From positions 31,567 through 95,566 of the forward strand of contig CAZUBH010000001.1 of the NCBI GenBank assembly GCA_964618505.1: DNA of 64,000 nucleotides, written 5' to 3'. The DNA is from an uncultured Thermoplasmatales archaeon. Its GTDB lineage: Archaea; Thermoplasmatota; E2; DHVEG-1. Shown here in pieces: positions 9,890-20,683 of the stretch (its first letter is position 1; each line of letters begins with the position of its first letter). The notes under the pieces were generated by a model. That model saw only the letters and a list, made by a program, of their open reading frames with translations, did not search any database and was not told the origin of the DNA. The position numbers and the translations under genes were made by a program.

Positions 9890-10780
9890 TTATTTTCCAT
9901 ATCTTCTTTGTCTTTTTTGATAATTCTGAATTGCTTTTAAAAAATCCCTTTTTCTAAGCGCGGGCCAATAAACATCAGAAAAATAAAGTTCAGAATAGGC
10001 AAGTTGCCATAATAAAAAGTTAGATATCCTTTCCTCACCAGAAGTCCTTAAAATTAAATCTGGATCTGGCAAACCATTTGTGTAAAGATATGAAGAAACA
10101 GTTTTTTGAGTAATACTCTCAGCTTCCAAATTTCCCGTTTTAACATCTTCTGATATCTGTTTTATTGCTTGTAATATATCTTCTCTACCACCATATGCAA
10201 GAGCTATATTGAAACAATAATTGTTGTAATCTTTGGTTTTATCCATAATGTATTCGGCTGATTTTTTTGTGCTTTCTGGTAATGACTCTATATGCCCAAT
10301 TATGTTAACTTTTACTTTGTTCTTATGTATCCTTGAATCTTTTGCTGCTCTGTCGAGTTCATTCTTACAAAGATTCATCAAAGTACTAACTTCTTTTTTA
10401 TTTCTCGAAAAATTTTCTGTTGAAAAAGCATAAATGGTCAAATATTTAATATTTAAATCAAAACACCACTCCAGTAATTCTTCGATTTTATCCCTTCCAA
10501 ATTCATGCCCTGCTTCTGGGTATAATTTTAAATCTTTTGCAAATCTTCTATTTCCATCCATTATTACTGCGATGTGATTAGGAACCTTATTTATCTTTAT
10601 TTCTTCTATTAGCTTATAATCCCTAAATCTTCTGATTTTCTCTACAAGGTAATTGTATGGTTTTGATTTGTATATTGCTGCTAAGACTTTTTTTCCTGTG
10701 TCGCTTTCAATTGCAAGTTTTTCGAATTTTTCTAAATTCTTTCCAGCAATGGATTTTAACGATGATTTTTTAGAAGATAT
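9890..10780 (-). CDS. uppS: cis-prenyltransferase (UppS family)
   Basis: VPNHIAVIMDGNRR, YAFSTENF and RTSGEERISNFLLWQ. The frame extends upstream of 10561 to ATA at 10780, after a GAGGGAG SD. Confidence 0.93.
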   Translation of the reverse strand: MSSKKSSLKSIAGKNLEKFEKLAIESDTGKKVLAAIYKSKPYNYLVEKIRRFRDYKLIEEIKINKVPNHIAVIMDGNRRFAKDLKLYPEAGHEFGRDKIEELLEWCFDLNIKYLTIYAFSTENFSRNKKEVSTLMNLCKNELDRAAKDSRIHKNKVKVNIIGHIESLPESTKKSAEYIMDKTKDYNNYCFNIALAYGGREDILQAIKQISEDVKTGNLEAESITQKTVSSYLYTNGLPDPDLILRTSGEERISNFLLWQLAYSELYFSDVYWPALRKRDFLKAIQNYQKRQRRYGK

Positions 10781-10915
10781 TTTTCTCCCTCAAATTGGCG
10801 AAATAAGTTTATAATTTAAATAAATTGAGTATAATTTTTTTTTAATATTGTGTTTTTCAAGAGATGGTTTTAAATATAAAAAAAATATTCCGCATCCTAA
10901 CTTAAAGGTGATTGC

Positions 10916-11137
10916 CTGGGAAATATAAAACAAACACACATTAAAAATATCGGATTGGAATTAATTGAAAAATATCCAAATCAATTTAAATCAGATGATT
11001 TCCAACATAATAAAGAGAAAGTTGATCAATTAGCAGAAATTGGTTCAAAATCTCTAAGAAATAAAATCGCAGGTTATATAACAAGATGTCTTGCTTCAAA
11101 AAATAAAATCTCATTAAATCGACCCAATTTTGAGTAA
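10916..11137 (+). CDS. rps17e: 30S ribosomal protein S17e
   Basis: (M)GNIKQTHIKNIGLELIEKYP...SKSLRNKIAGYIT. CTG start at 10916 after AAAGGTGA. Confidence 0.93.
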   Translation: MGNIKQTHIKNIGLELIEKYPNQFKSDDFQHNKEKVDQLAEIGSKSLRNKIAGYITRCLASKNKISLNRPNFE

Positions 11138-11168
11138 CATACCAAAATTTATTTTATAGGCTTAAATT

Positions 11169-11872
11169 GTGATTTCTGGTGAATTTATAAACAAAATTAA
11201 AATTGCAATAGATGAATTACAAAAGGGTAACTTCGTTCTGGTTTTCGATAACGACAATAGAGAGGGCGAAACAGATTTTCTTATTGCATCTCAATATATT
11301 ACTCCAGAATCAGTTAGAACAATGAGAAAGGATGGGGGTGGGCTTATATTCCAAATGACGTCTTATGAAATTGCAAAAAAAATATCAATTCCTTTTTTAT
11401 CTGATATGTTTTTAGACGTTAGTAATCAATATCCAATCCTAAAAGAACTTATCGCAGATGATATTCCATATGATACAAAATCTTCTTTTTCACTCTATAT
11501 CAATCATAGAGATACTTTCACCGGGATAACAGATAATGATAGAAGTCTAACAATGAAAAAATTTGCAGAAACTGTTGAAAAGATAAAAAATTCTAATAAT
11601 AAAAAAGCTATGAAAGAATTTGGAAAAAATTTTAGAACACCAGGTCATGTACCAATTTGTATTGCATCAGAGGGATTGTTAAAAAATAGAAAAGGCCATA
11701 CTGAACTTTTAATCTCACTTGTTAAGATGGCTGGATTAATTCCGGCAGCAAGCGGTTGTGAGATGATGTCTAATACTGGAAAGGCCTTATCAAAATCTGA
11801 TGCTAAACTATATGCAAAAAGACACAATTTAATTTTCCTAGAAGGAAAAGATATCATAGAGGCTTGGGAAAA

Positions 11873-11885
<13 letters not shown>
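11169..11885 (+). CDS. ribB: 3,4-dihydroxy-2-butanone-4-phosphate synthase
   Basis: DNDNREGETD, TFTGITDNDR, FRTPGHV, GHTE and CEMM motifs. Confidence 0.95.
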
Positions 11886-12795
<910 letters not shown>

Positions 12796-12800
12796 TAAAA

Positions 12801-13217
12801 ATGGCGAAAGAATCTATTAGAATTGGGGCTGTTGTTTCAGAGTTTAACTACGACATAACAATGATGATGCTTGAAAGGGCAAAAGAACATGCTGCTTTTC
12901 TTGGTGCAGAAATTAAAGTAGTTTTAAAAGTTCCTGGAGTTTTTGACATGGGACTTGCGGTAAAAAAACTACTGCAAAAAAAAGATATAGATGGCGTCAT
13001 AACTCTTGGTGCTGTAATTGAAGGTGAAACAGAACACGATGATGTAGTAATATCCCATGCAACTAGAAAAATATCTGATTTAGCTATTGATTATGATAAA
13101 CCAGTAGGTCTTGGTATAACTGGCCCAGGTATGACAAGACTTCAAGCTGAGGAGAGAATTGAAAGGGCAAAAGCCGCAGTTGAAGCAGTTGTAAAACTTC
13201 ATAAAAACTTAAAATAA
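12801..13217 (+). CDS. ribH: 6,7-dimethyl-8-ribityllumazine synthase
   Basis: [16 protein letters not shown] and [12 protein letters not shown]. Confidence 0.95.
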   Translation: MAKESIRIGAVVSEFNYDITMMMLERAKEHAAFLGAEIKVVLKVPGVFDMGLAVKKLLQKKDIDGVITLGAVIEGETEHDDVVISHATRKISDLAIDYDKPVGLGITGPGMTRLQAEERIERAKAAVEAVVKLHKNLK

Positions 13218-13218
13218 A

Positions 13219-13761
13219 CTACTCTTTTTTTTCTATCATTTTAAAAACAGAAGGTAAATGTATATTATAAGTTCCATCTTTTTGTATTACAATTGGTTCT
13301 TTTTCTAAAAGACCTTTTAAATCAATATTATATTTGCCAGGTTTTTCTATATCTATTGTTTCAGGTGTTTCTTTTTCTTCAGTTTTTAATTTCTCAAGTG
13401 ATGTTTTTCTCCATTCATCGTTTATAGGTTCGATAGGTTCTTGGGCATCTCCCTTATCCTTTTGGATTTGTATCTTTTCTTCACTAATGTGATCGTTTAT
13501 CATTCTTCGAATTTCTTTAGGTTTTATAGAAACCCATTTCCCAGATTTTCCTAGTACGTCTTTATTTTTTTCTACAAGAAGTTCTGTCAATTTTGAAGTT
13601 AAATCTTGGTTTACTTCTTGACTCACAGCACCTCTTTCTTTTTCGTTTAATGGTTCTTTTGTAAAAAAGAATCTGTTTCCACCACAATCTGGGCAACCCT
13701 TTAAAAGTTGGGAAGATCCTTCCTCAAATATATGTCCGCACTTCAGACATTGGTGAGGCAT
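13219..13761 (-). CDS. oapC: OapC-family Zn-ribbon protein (DUF2072)
   Basis: MPHQCLKCG...LLKGCPDCGGNRF and PGKYNIDL; third gene of the oap triad. Confidence 0.85.
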   Translation of the reverse strand: MPHQCLKCGHIFEEGSSQLLKGCPDCGGNRFFFTKEPLNEKERGAVSQEVNQDLTSKLTELLVEKNKDVLGKSGKWVSIKPKEIRRMINDHISEEKIQIQKDKGDAQEPIEPINDEWRKTSLEKLKTEEKETPETIDIEKPGKYNIDLKGLLEKEPIVIQKDGTYNIHLPSVFKMIEKKE

Positions 13762-14138
13762 TACTTTGCTCCTCTACCAGGTATTATTGTTGTTTCAATC
13801 ATATCATTGTCTTTATGAACCATTCTTAATAGATCTGCAGGACCGATAACAGTCATTCTCGGCTTTTTTATTATGCCAAACACTCTTTGAAAAAAACTCA
13901 TTTTTTCTTCCCCATATCCTTCCATTTCAATTCCAATAAAAGTATCGTGGTCAATCTCTTTCATTGTATGCTCTATAAGTGAAGTCTGTTCTGATGTGGT
14001 AAGCCCGTGTTCTAGAACAAGAATCTTTCCGTTTTTAACTTGGTTTATAATATACTCTAATTTTTCTGAAGAATTAAAAGAATTTAATTTCCTTCTAGAG
14101 ACAAGATTGAAAGATATGCCCTTATCTTTTTTTACCAT
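13761..14138 (-). CDS. oapB: OapB-family protein (DUF2073)
   Basis: ILVLEHGLT..EQTSLIEHTM...FIGIEME and MTVIGPA. Confidence 0.85.
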   Translation of the reverse strand: MVKKDKGISFNLVSRRKLNSFNSSEKLEYIINQVKNGKILVLEHGLTTSEQTSLIEHTMKEIDHDTFIGIEMEGYGEEKMSFFQRVFGIIKKPRMTVIGPADLLRMVHKDNDMIETTIIPGRGAK

Positions 14139-14809
14139 CAGTTATCCCCCTTACTCTTTGATTTCTTCCTTCCAAAATGCTTAACCATAGTACCATAAAG
14201 ACCTTCGGTGTTATAACCTGTAAGAGCACTAATTGGTATTACAGGATGTTGAGGGAAAGCGGCTTTTAAAGTAGCAGGACTTGCGTCTTCTGCATCTATT
14301 TTATTTGCTGCAATTAGGATGGGTAAGTTTCTAGCTTCAAGATTGCCAATTATTGTAACATTTACTTGTGTAAAGGGATCTTGTGTAGCATCCATTACAA
14401 GTACCACACCATCGATATCTTCAAGCCATCTAATAGATTCTATAACTCCTTCTGTTGCTTCTTTTGCTCTCTGTCTGGATTCATCTTTATTCATGCCAAA
14501 TGTGTTCATAAATTCTTTAAAATCAATTTTAGTTGATATGCCCGGAGTGTCGACAAGATCTAAAGTTAGAGATGAATTTCCATTGTCGATTTTTATATTA
14601 TTTTTCCATTTAGCTCTTCTAGTTTCGTGTGGTATCTCGGAAACACTGCCCATTATGTCTCCCGTCCAATCTCGTAAAATTCTGTTTGCCAATGTTGTTT
14701 TCCCTACATTTGGTGGACCATAAATACCAATTTTTGCATGTTTTTTACCAAAGATTTTTTGAATAATCTTTGATAAACTACCTTTTCTAAAACGACTGAA
14801 TATACCCAT
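14138..14809 (-). CDS. oapA: Era-like GTPase OapA
   Basis: IGIYGPPNVGKTTLANRI, PHETR, DTPG and ANKID. Confidence 0.88.
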   Translation of the reverse strand: MGIFSRFRKGSLSKIIQKIFGKKHAKIGIYGPPNVGKTTLANRILRDWTGDIMGSVSEIPHETRRAKWKNNIKIDNGNSSLTLDLVDTPGISTKIDFKEFMNTFGMNKDESRQRAKEATEGVIESIRWLEDIDGVVLVMDATQDPFTQVNVTIIGNLEARNLPILIAANKIDAEDASPATLKAAFPQHPVIPISALTGYNTEGLYGTMVKHFGRKKSKSKGDN

Positions 14810-14991
14810 CCCTTTTCCTCCTTGGATTACTCTGAGTCTAAAAAATAGTATATTAATTGTGCTTTATTAGTTTAGTGGTTTAATAAAAATAAAAAATAAT
14901 TTTAATCAATAATCTTTTACATAAAACAATAACTCTTATATATCAACAATCTTATTCTGATATCGCCCAGGATTTGGTGGGAGGCATAATT

Positions 14992-15948
14992 ATGACAGAA
15001 GAGAATGTAAATGAGAATGTATCTAAGGAGAGCACTCAAAATCTAATTGAAAGATTACAAAAAGCTTCAAATGAAATTGATACAATTCATGGCTCCTTTA
15101 TGAGAGGAATGGAAGATCTTTCAAAAATTCAAAGCATTTTAAAATTGGATGGAGTAAATGATATTTCAAAAATAATGCAAAGTTTTGAAAATAGGCTCTC
15201 TGATGCAGAAAAACAAAAAGAAGAAGCTGTAGAGGGTGCCAAAAAATTTTCTGAAGAATTAGAAAGAGAAAAAGAAAGACTAGTGAAGCTATGGGATGCC
15301 TATAAAAATCAAGAAGAAGAATTAGCAACTCAGGAAAGAAAAGCACAAGAACTAGAAGAAAAACTAAAAGGATTAGAGCAATCGAAAATTCAATTGGAAC
15401 AAGACACTACTGCAAGAATTAATACATTAACTCAAAAATTAGAAGAAAAAAATCAAGAAGTAGGACAAATTGAAGAATTCAAACAAAAAGAACAAGATTT
15501 TGACAATATTAAAAACCAATTAGAGGAAACTGTGCACGACTTGAGAAGTGAGATAAATGCAAAAGATTCAACAATAACTGAGTTAAATTCTAAGATAGAA
15601 GAACTTTCAAAATTTGAAAATTCAGAAGAATGGAAAAATAAATTTGAAGAAGTTTCTGTAGAATTTGAAAAGGAAAAAGAAAGACTTACCAAACTTTTCC
15701 GACTATATGAAGAAACTGAAGCAGAAAATAAAAAATTAAAAGAGGATATAAACAAATGGCAAAATTGGTTTGACACAAACCAGGCAAAGTTTTCTAATAT
15801 TTTTGATTCAGCAGATCATTTGAGAAAAACTACATCGCCTGAAACTAATACTAAAAGCGACATTGAAATAGAACCAATGACGCCTAAAGATCAGCCAAAA
15901 AATCCTGAAGAAAAAAAACCAAAGAAAAGATTTAGATTGAGAAAATAA
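14992..15948 (+). CDS. Long coiled-coil protein of unknown function
   Basis: E/K/Q-rich heptads with two EKERLxKL[WF]xxY motifs. ATG at 14992 after GGAGG. Confidence 0.8.
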   Translation: MTEENVNENVSKESTQNLIERLQKASNEIDTIHGSFMRGMEDLSKIQSILKLDGVNDISKIMQSFENRLSDAEKQKEEAVEGAKKFSEELEREKERLVKLWDAYKNQEEELATQERKAQELEEKLKGLEQSKIQLEQDTTARINTLTQKLEEKNQEVGQIEEFKQKEQDFDNIKNQLEETVHDLRSEINAKDSTITELNSKIEELSKFENSEEWKNKFEEVSVEFEKEKERLTKLFRLYEETEAENKKLKEDINKWQNWFDTNQAKFSNIFDSADHLRKTTSPETNTKSDIEIEPMTPKDQPKNPEEKKPKKRFRLRK

Positions 15949-15955
15949 ATTTTTC

Positions 15956-18061
15956 TCATTCAATTTTTATACTACTTATTCCTTCTTCACTTTCTTTAAC
16001 AATAATAGCGTTTTCCATGTAATTTTTAACATCTTCTATATGTGTTATCAAAAATATTTGTCTGAATCTAGAAGAAAATCTGTTTAATGCTTTAATTATA
16101 TTTTGCCTTCTAAAGATATCTTGAGAACCAAATATTTCATCCAGAACAATAAAACTAAAATCGCTTCCTGCCTGTTCTGTAATAACCTCAGATATTGCTA
16201 ATCTAATACAAAGATTTGCTAAATCTTCTTCGCCGCCTGAGAACCGTTCAATGCCATAGGCATTTCCACCATCATACACCCAGATATTGTAATTTTCATC
16301 TAGTTCTAATTCAGAATATTTTCCTTCTGTTAATTGCTCAAAAATTTCGGATGCATAATTTGAAAGTGTGGGTCTAATTCTAGAAATTAGATTTGTTCTA
16401 AAAGATCCCATCAAATCATTTAACATTTTGATATAATAAAGTTGCTTATTTTCTATTTTAATTTTGTTTTTTAATTTATCAATTTCTTTAATTTTTCCTT
16501 CAATATTTTTTATTTTTTCGGTTAAGAGATTAACTTCACCTTGAGTTTTTTCGAGTTTAATTTTTTTCTCTTGTATTTTTTTTCTGATAATGTCAAGCTT
16601 TTTCAGATGATTTTGATAGCTCTCATATTCATTTTCAACTTCTTTTTTTATTGATAAATAATTTTTTTCATCGAATCTTACAATTTTAATTTTATTTACT
16701 TCAACTTTTTTATTTTTTAATAAAGTTTCCTCAATTTTTATTTCTTTTTGAAGCTCTTTAATTGTTGCAGAATTTTTTTCTTTTTCTATTATTAAATTTT
16801 GAATGTAATCTTTCTTTTTTTCTAGAGCTTGTTTTTGTCTTTTTATTTTGTCAAAATCACAGTTTAGTTTTTCATTTTGTTTTAGAATAGTTTTAATATT
16901 TTCATTTCTTTTGAGTATTTCATTATTATATTTTTCTCGAAGATTTTGATATTGTTCATTTAAAATTCTATCACATGTTGGGCATTTAGCAGAGGGTCCT
17001 AATTTTTCAATTTTAGATTTTTTTGAATCAATTTCAGAAATATCTTCTTTAATTTTTTTAACAATTGTATTATTTTTTTCGATATTTTTTACTAAATCTT
17101 GTAAATTTTTATCTGTCTCAATACTAGTCTTTTTTAATTTTTGTATTTCATCATCAAGTTTATCCATTTTTTTTAATTGTAATTTTTGCTTATCTACACT
17201 TTTCTTTCTTTGATCTATTTTTTTGTCCAGCTCTTCAATTTCTTCATCTAATCTTTTTTTCTTATCAAAAAGAAACCGTTCTTCTTCTAATTCACTTTTT
17301 TTCTTTAAAATTTTTTCATATTTATTTTTATTTTCTTTAATTTTTTCTTCAAATAATTTGAAATCTTTTTCAAATATTTTTACATCTTCTTTTATAATCT
17401 TTAAAAGATTTTCTAATTTATTTCTTCTAGTTTTTTCTTCTTTTTTTTCATTTTTTAATATCTCAATTTTGCTTTTACCTTTACCATCTATTGTTTCTAA
17501 CTCTAATTTTTCAATAAGTTCTTTTTTGATTTTAAGATCTGATCTTATATCTGATATTACATTATCAAGTTCATTTATTCCAAGCATTCTAAGAATTAAA
17601 GGCCTTCTTTCGCTAGGATTCATTGAAGATAATGCATTCAATTCTTTTTGTTTTGCAAAAATTGAAGTATAAAAAGATTTAAAATCCATTCCAAGCCTTT
17701 TTTGTATAAATCTGCTCAGAGCATCTGCTCCATTGACTATCAATTTTCCATTTAATGTTGCAGAACCAGATGATGTTAAACTTTTTCCAGTCATTTCTCT
17801 TACAATTCTGTAATTATCATCATTAAAAACAAATTCAAGCTCAACTCTGCATGGATCTGAATTTTGTGAGTTTTCTAATTTAATTTGATCTGCAGAAGTT
17901 CTTGCAGCAATAGGTCCATAAAGGGCCCAAGCAATACTTTCAAATATTGTAGATTTACCAGAGCCATTAAGACCTACAACACCGGTAATGCCATCAGGAA
18001 AATCAATTAATATATCTTTAAATTTCCTGAAATTTCTCATTTTTACCGATTTTATTATCAT
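15956..18061 (-). CDS. rad50: Rad50/SbcC ATPase
   Basis: Walker A GLNGSGKST, zinc hook CPTC, signature FSGGE, Walker B IVLDE and LITH. Confidence 0.92.
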   Translation of the reverse strand: MIIKSVKMRNFRKFKDILIDFPDGITGVVGLNGSGKSTIFESIAWALYGPIAARTSADQIKLENSQNSDPCRVELEFVFNDDNYRIVREMTGKSLTSSGSATLNGKLIVNGADALSRFIQKRLGMDFKSFYTSIFAKQKELNALSSMNPSERRPLILRMLGINELDNVISDIRSDLKIKKELIEKLELETIDGKGKSKIEILKNEKKEEKTRRNKLENLLKIIKEDVKIFEKDFKLFEEKIKENKNKYEKILKKKSELEEERFLFDKKKRLDEEIEELDKKIDQRKKSVDKQKLQLKKMDKLDDEIQKLKKTSIETDKNLQDLVKNIEKNNTIVKKIKEDISEIDSKKSKIEKLGPSAKCPTCDRILNEQYQNLREKYNNEILKRNENIKTILKQNEKLNCDFDKIKRQKQALEKKKDYIQNLIIEKEKNSATIKELQKEIKIEETLLKNKKVEVNKIKIVRFDEKNYLSIKKEVENEYESYQNHLKKLDIIRKKIQEKKIKLEKTQGEVNLLTEKIKNIEGKIKEIDKLKNKIKIENKQLYYIKMLNDLMGSFRTNLISRIRPTLSNYASEIFEQLTEGKYSELELDENYNIWVYDGGNAYGIERFSGGEEDLANLCIRLAISEVITEQAGSDFSFIVLDEIFGSQDIFRRQNIIKALNRFSSRFRQIFLITHIEDVKNYMENAIIVKESEEGISSIKIE

Positions 18062-18065
18062 TTTT

Positions 18066-19190
18066 TCAGCTTTTTATTTCTAATTTTTTTATATATTCTA
18101 AACCAAGATTCAATATCATTTCCTTATCTTTTATATTCTCATTTAAAAGAAATTTTTCAAACTCATTTGCAATTGACTCAATTTTATGATTTTCCATTTT
18201 TTCATCATTTTTAATTTTTAAAACATCTAACTTTATTTCAAAATGGGCTGCTTCTTTTGTTAATTTTTTAATTTCACTATAATTTATACCTCTTTGCACA
18301 TATTTTGGTATATTGTCTATTTTTAACCTTAAAATTTTATCTTTTGTATTTGTATTTTTTATAGTCTTTTTTATTTCTCTTGTTATTTCTTCTATTCCTT
18401 TATTTTTACAGTCAATATTTGCAAGATTTTTCATTTCCCTTGTTTTTAGTTTTATAAATTTATTTTTTGTTTTAACTAAATCTAACTCAATAAAACCTTT
18501 TTCTTCTTCAGTTTCTGAAAATGATAAACGTTCTGTAGAACCCGAATAAAATACATTATTTGCTATTTTTGTATACTTGTGATAATGTCCAAGTGCTATA
18601 TAATCAAAATCTAAGTTTAGAACTTTTTTAGGAATGATGAGCTCATTAAACTCATTCATTTTAAATTCTTTTATCCCAGTTATTGCCCCATGAATTAACA
18701 AAATGTTATAATTTGCATCTTTATTTTTTTTTATTTTCTTTAAATTTTTATTAAAACTATCTTTTGTTTGGCAGTGAGGAATAGCATGTATAGTAATATT
18801 TTTATCATTAAATTCAAAATTTATCTTTTCATATTTATTGTTGTATATTGGATACACATTATCCATGTGCTCAAATATCTTAAAAATATTTTCAGTTTCT
18901 TTTAACTTTGGCGTTTCATGATTGCCAGAAATCACAACAAACGGTATTTTTTCTTTTGACAATCTGTTTATTTGATCGACTGCAAAAGATATTGCTTTGT
19001 TTGTAGGTCTTACAGAATCAAATAAATCTCCAGCATGAATTACTATATCTGGCTTTGTTTTTACTAAGTGATCTATGAATTTTTTAAAGGAGTTGTAGAT
19101 ATCTAATTCTCTTTGGTTTATTCCGTCGTCTGTTACTTTTTTATATGCGGAAAAACCCAAATGTGTATCAGAAACATGTATTATTTTCAT
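18066..19190 (-). CDS. mre11: Mre11/SbcD nuclease
   Basis: SDTHLG, AGDLFD, GNHE, ALGHYH and YSGSTE; adjacent to rad50. Confidence 0.92.
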   Translation of the reverse strand: MKIIHVSDTHLGFSAYKKVTDDGINQRELDIYNSFKKFIDHLVKTKPDIVIHAGDLFDSVRPTNKAISFAVDQINRLSKEKIPFVVISGNHETPKLKETENIFKIFEHMDNVYPIYNNKYEKINFEFNDKNITIHAIPHCQTKDSFNKNLKKIKKNKDANYNILLIHGAITGIKEFKMNEFNELIIPKKVLNLDFDYIALGHYHKYTKIANNVFYSGSTERLSFSETEEEKGFIELDLVKTKNKFIKLKTREMKNLANIDCKNKGIEEITREIKKTIKNTNTKDKILRLKIDNIPKYVQRGINYSEIKKLTKEAAHFEIKLDVLKIKNDEKMENHKIESIANEFEKFLLNENIKDKEMILNLGLEYIKKLEIKS

Positions 19191-19191
19191 A

Positions 19192-20577
19192 CTATCTTTT
19201 TTTTCTTGAAATTTTTAAAGATGCAACATCACATGCAAGAGTTGTAGCATCAAGGGTAGGTGCAACTGGTGGGGCATAAGCTGTTTCAAGTTTTCTAAAA
19301 GTTTCAATTTTAGTTTCTGAAAAGATTGCACTAGCCAAAGTGTTTATCCTTAAAGCAGCATTTTCTCCTATTGCCTGCGCGCTAACGATTTTTTCTGAAT
19401 CTTTATTGACACCAACTTTAATAGTAATATCCTTTCCTCCTGGAAAATAATCTGGAAGAGACAAACTCTTGATTTTTCCATAAATAATATTATTAGTATT
19501 GAAGCAATTTTTTACAGGACCAACCGCAGCAATTTCAATCCCAAAAAATTTTGAAGTGCGTGTTGATAAAAATCCCTTTGGCAATTTGTAACTACCATTG
19601 GATGCATTAATACCCGCAGCAATGCCTTGCCTTACTACAATGCTGCCAAGGCCAATTAAAAAAGTATCATTGGTAATAAAATCTTTATATTCTGTGCAAT
19701 CTCCAACAGCAAAAACATTTTTTATATTCGTTTCAGATTTTTCGTTTACCATTATCCCGCCCTTTTTTCCTATTTTACAACCTATATCTTTTGCAGTATC
19801 AATATTGGGTTTTGTACCTGCTGAAATTATCATTATATCTGTTTTTACATCTTGTTCATTTCCGTCTAGAACATTTTTAATATGAACACTTTGTATCTGT
19901 CCTTGTTTTTGATTTATGTGTTTTGCAAGATGATTTGTATAAATTTTTATTTCGTTGGGAATATTTCTAAGAACTAAATTACTCATATCTTCATCAAGGG
20001 AATTTGCAAGAACAAAAGGAAGAGCTTCAACAATTGTGACATTTAATCCCAATTCATAAAGAGCCTCTGACATTTCCATTCCAATTAAGCCTGCACCAAT
20101 TATTGTCGCATTTTTTTTATTTTTTGCAAATCTAACTATGTTTTCCGCGTCTTCAATTGTTCTTAAAACAAAAATTCCTTTTATAAGACCATTGTCCTTT
20201 TTTAAATCATTTATTGGAGGTATTATTGGTTTGGACCCAGTTGCGATAATTAATTTATCAAATTTTTCCGCAATTTCACCACCATCATTATGTGCAATGA
20301 TTTTTTTATTTTTTAAATCAATTTTTTCAACTTTTGCTTCTAAATATAATTTAATATGTTCTTTTTCAAACCAATCTTTAGAAAATTCAATCAAATCTAA
20401 AAATTTTGGTATTTTTTTAGATATGGCATAAGGTAATCCACATTTTGAATATTGCGCATACTTACCCTTTTCAAATATTGTAATCTTTGCTTTTCTATCA
20501 GTTTTTCTTGCAAATTGTGCTGCAGTACTTCCACCTGCGCCACAGCCTATTATTACTATTTTATTGGTAGTTTCCAA
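19192..20577 (-). CDS. CoA-disulfide reductase/NADH oxidase-family flavoprotein
   Basis: GxGxGG, YSKCGLPY redox Cys, GAGLIG and YAPP. Confidence 0.85.
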   Translation of the reverse strand: METTNKIVIIGCGAGGSTAAQFARKTDRKAKITIFEKGKYAQYSKCGLPYAISKKIPKFLDLIEFSKDWFEKEHIKLYLEAKVEKIDLKNKKIIAHNDGGEIAEKFDKLIIATGSKPIIPPINDLKKDNGLIKGIFVLRTIEDAENIVRFAKNKKNATIIGAGLIGMEMSEALYELGLNVTIVEALPFVLANSLDEDMSNLVLRNIPNEIKIYTNHLAKHINQKQGQIQSVHIKNVLDGNEQDVKTDIMIISAGTKPNIDTAKDIGCKIGKKGGIMVNEKSETNIKNVFAVGDCTEYKDFITNDTFLIGLGSIVVRQGIAAGINASNGSYKLPKGFLSTRTSKFFGIEIAAVGPVKNCFNTNNIIYGKIKSLSLPDYFPGGKDITIKVGVNKDSEKIVSAQAIGENAALRINTLASAIFSETKIETFRKLETAYAPPVAPTLDATTLACDVASLKISRKKR

Positions 20578-20683
20578 GAAATCCCCATAGGACTATTGTA
20601 GATGTTTTTTTAAACATTATTGAAAAAGTCATTAGGATAATTTAAATATTAAAAAATCCATTTGCTCACATTCGGGATGTACG

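Noticed and set aside
3474-10780. Signal peptidase and uppS as 5'-truncated pseudogenes
   Set aside because: The upstream frames are open, encode the missing conserved parts and follow good SD sequences; alternative start codons explain them better.
10790-11168. FMN riboswitch upstream of the riboflavin operon
   Set aside because: The space is filled by rps17e and a short AT-rich promoter; there is no RFN-like structured sequence.
14810-14990. Replication origin next to oapABC (as in haloarchaea)
   Set aside because: AT-rich, but I see no ORB-like repeats and there is no cdc6/orc1 gene in the window.
14992-19190. Coiled-coil + Rad50-like + nuclease genes as a Wadjet/Lamassu-type defence system
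   Set aside because: Rad50 has a canonical zinc hook and an Mre11 partner, the coiled-coil gene is convergent on the other strand, and no kleisin, KITE or effector genes are present.
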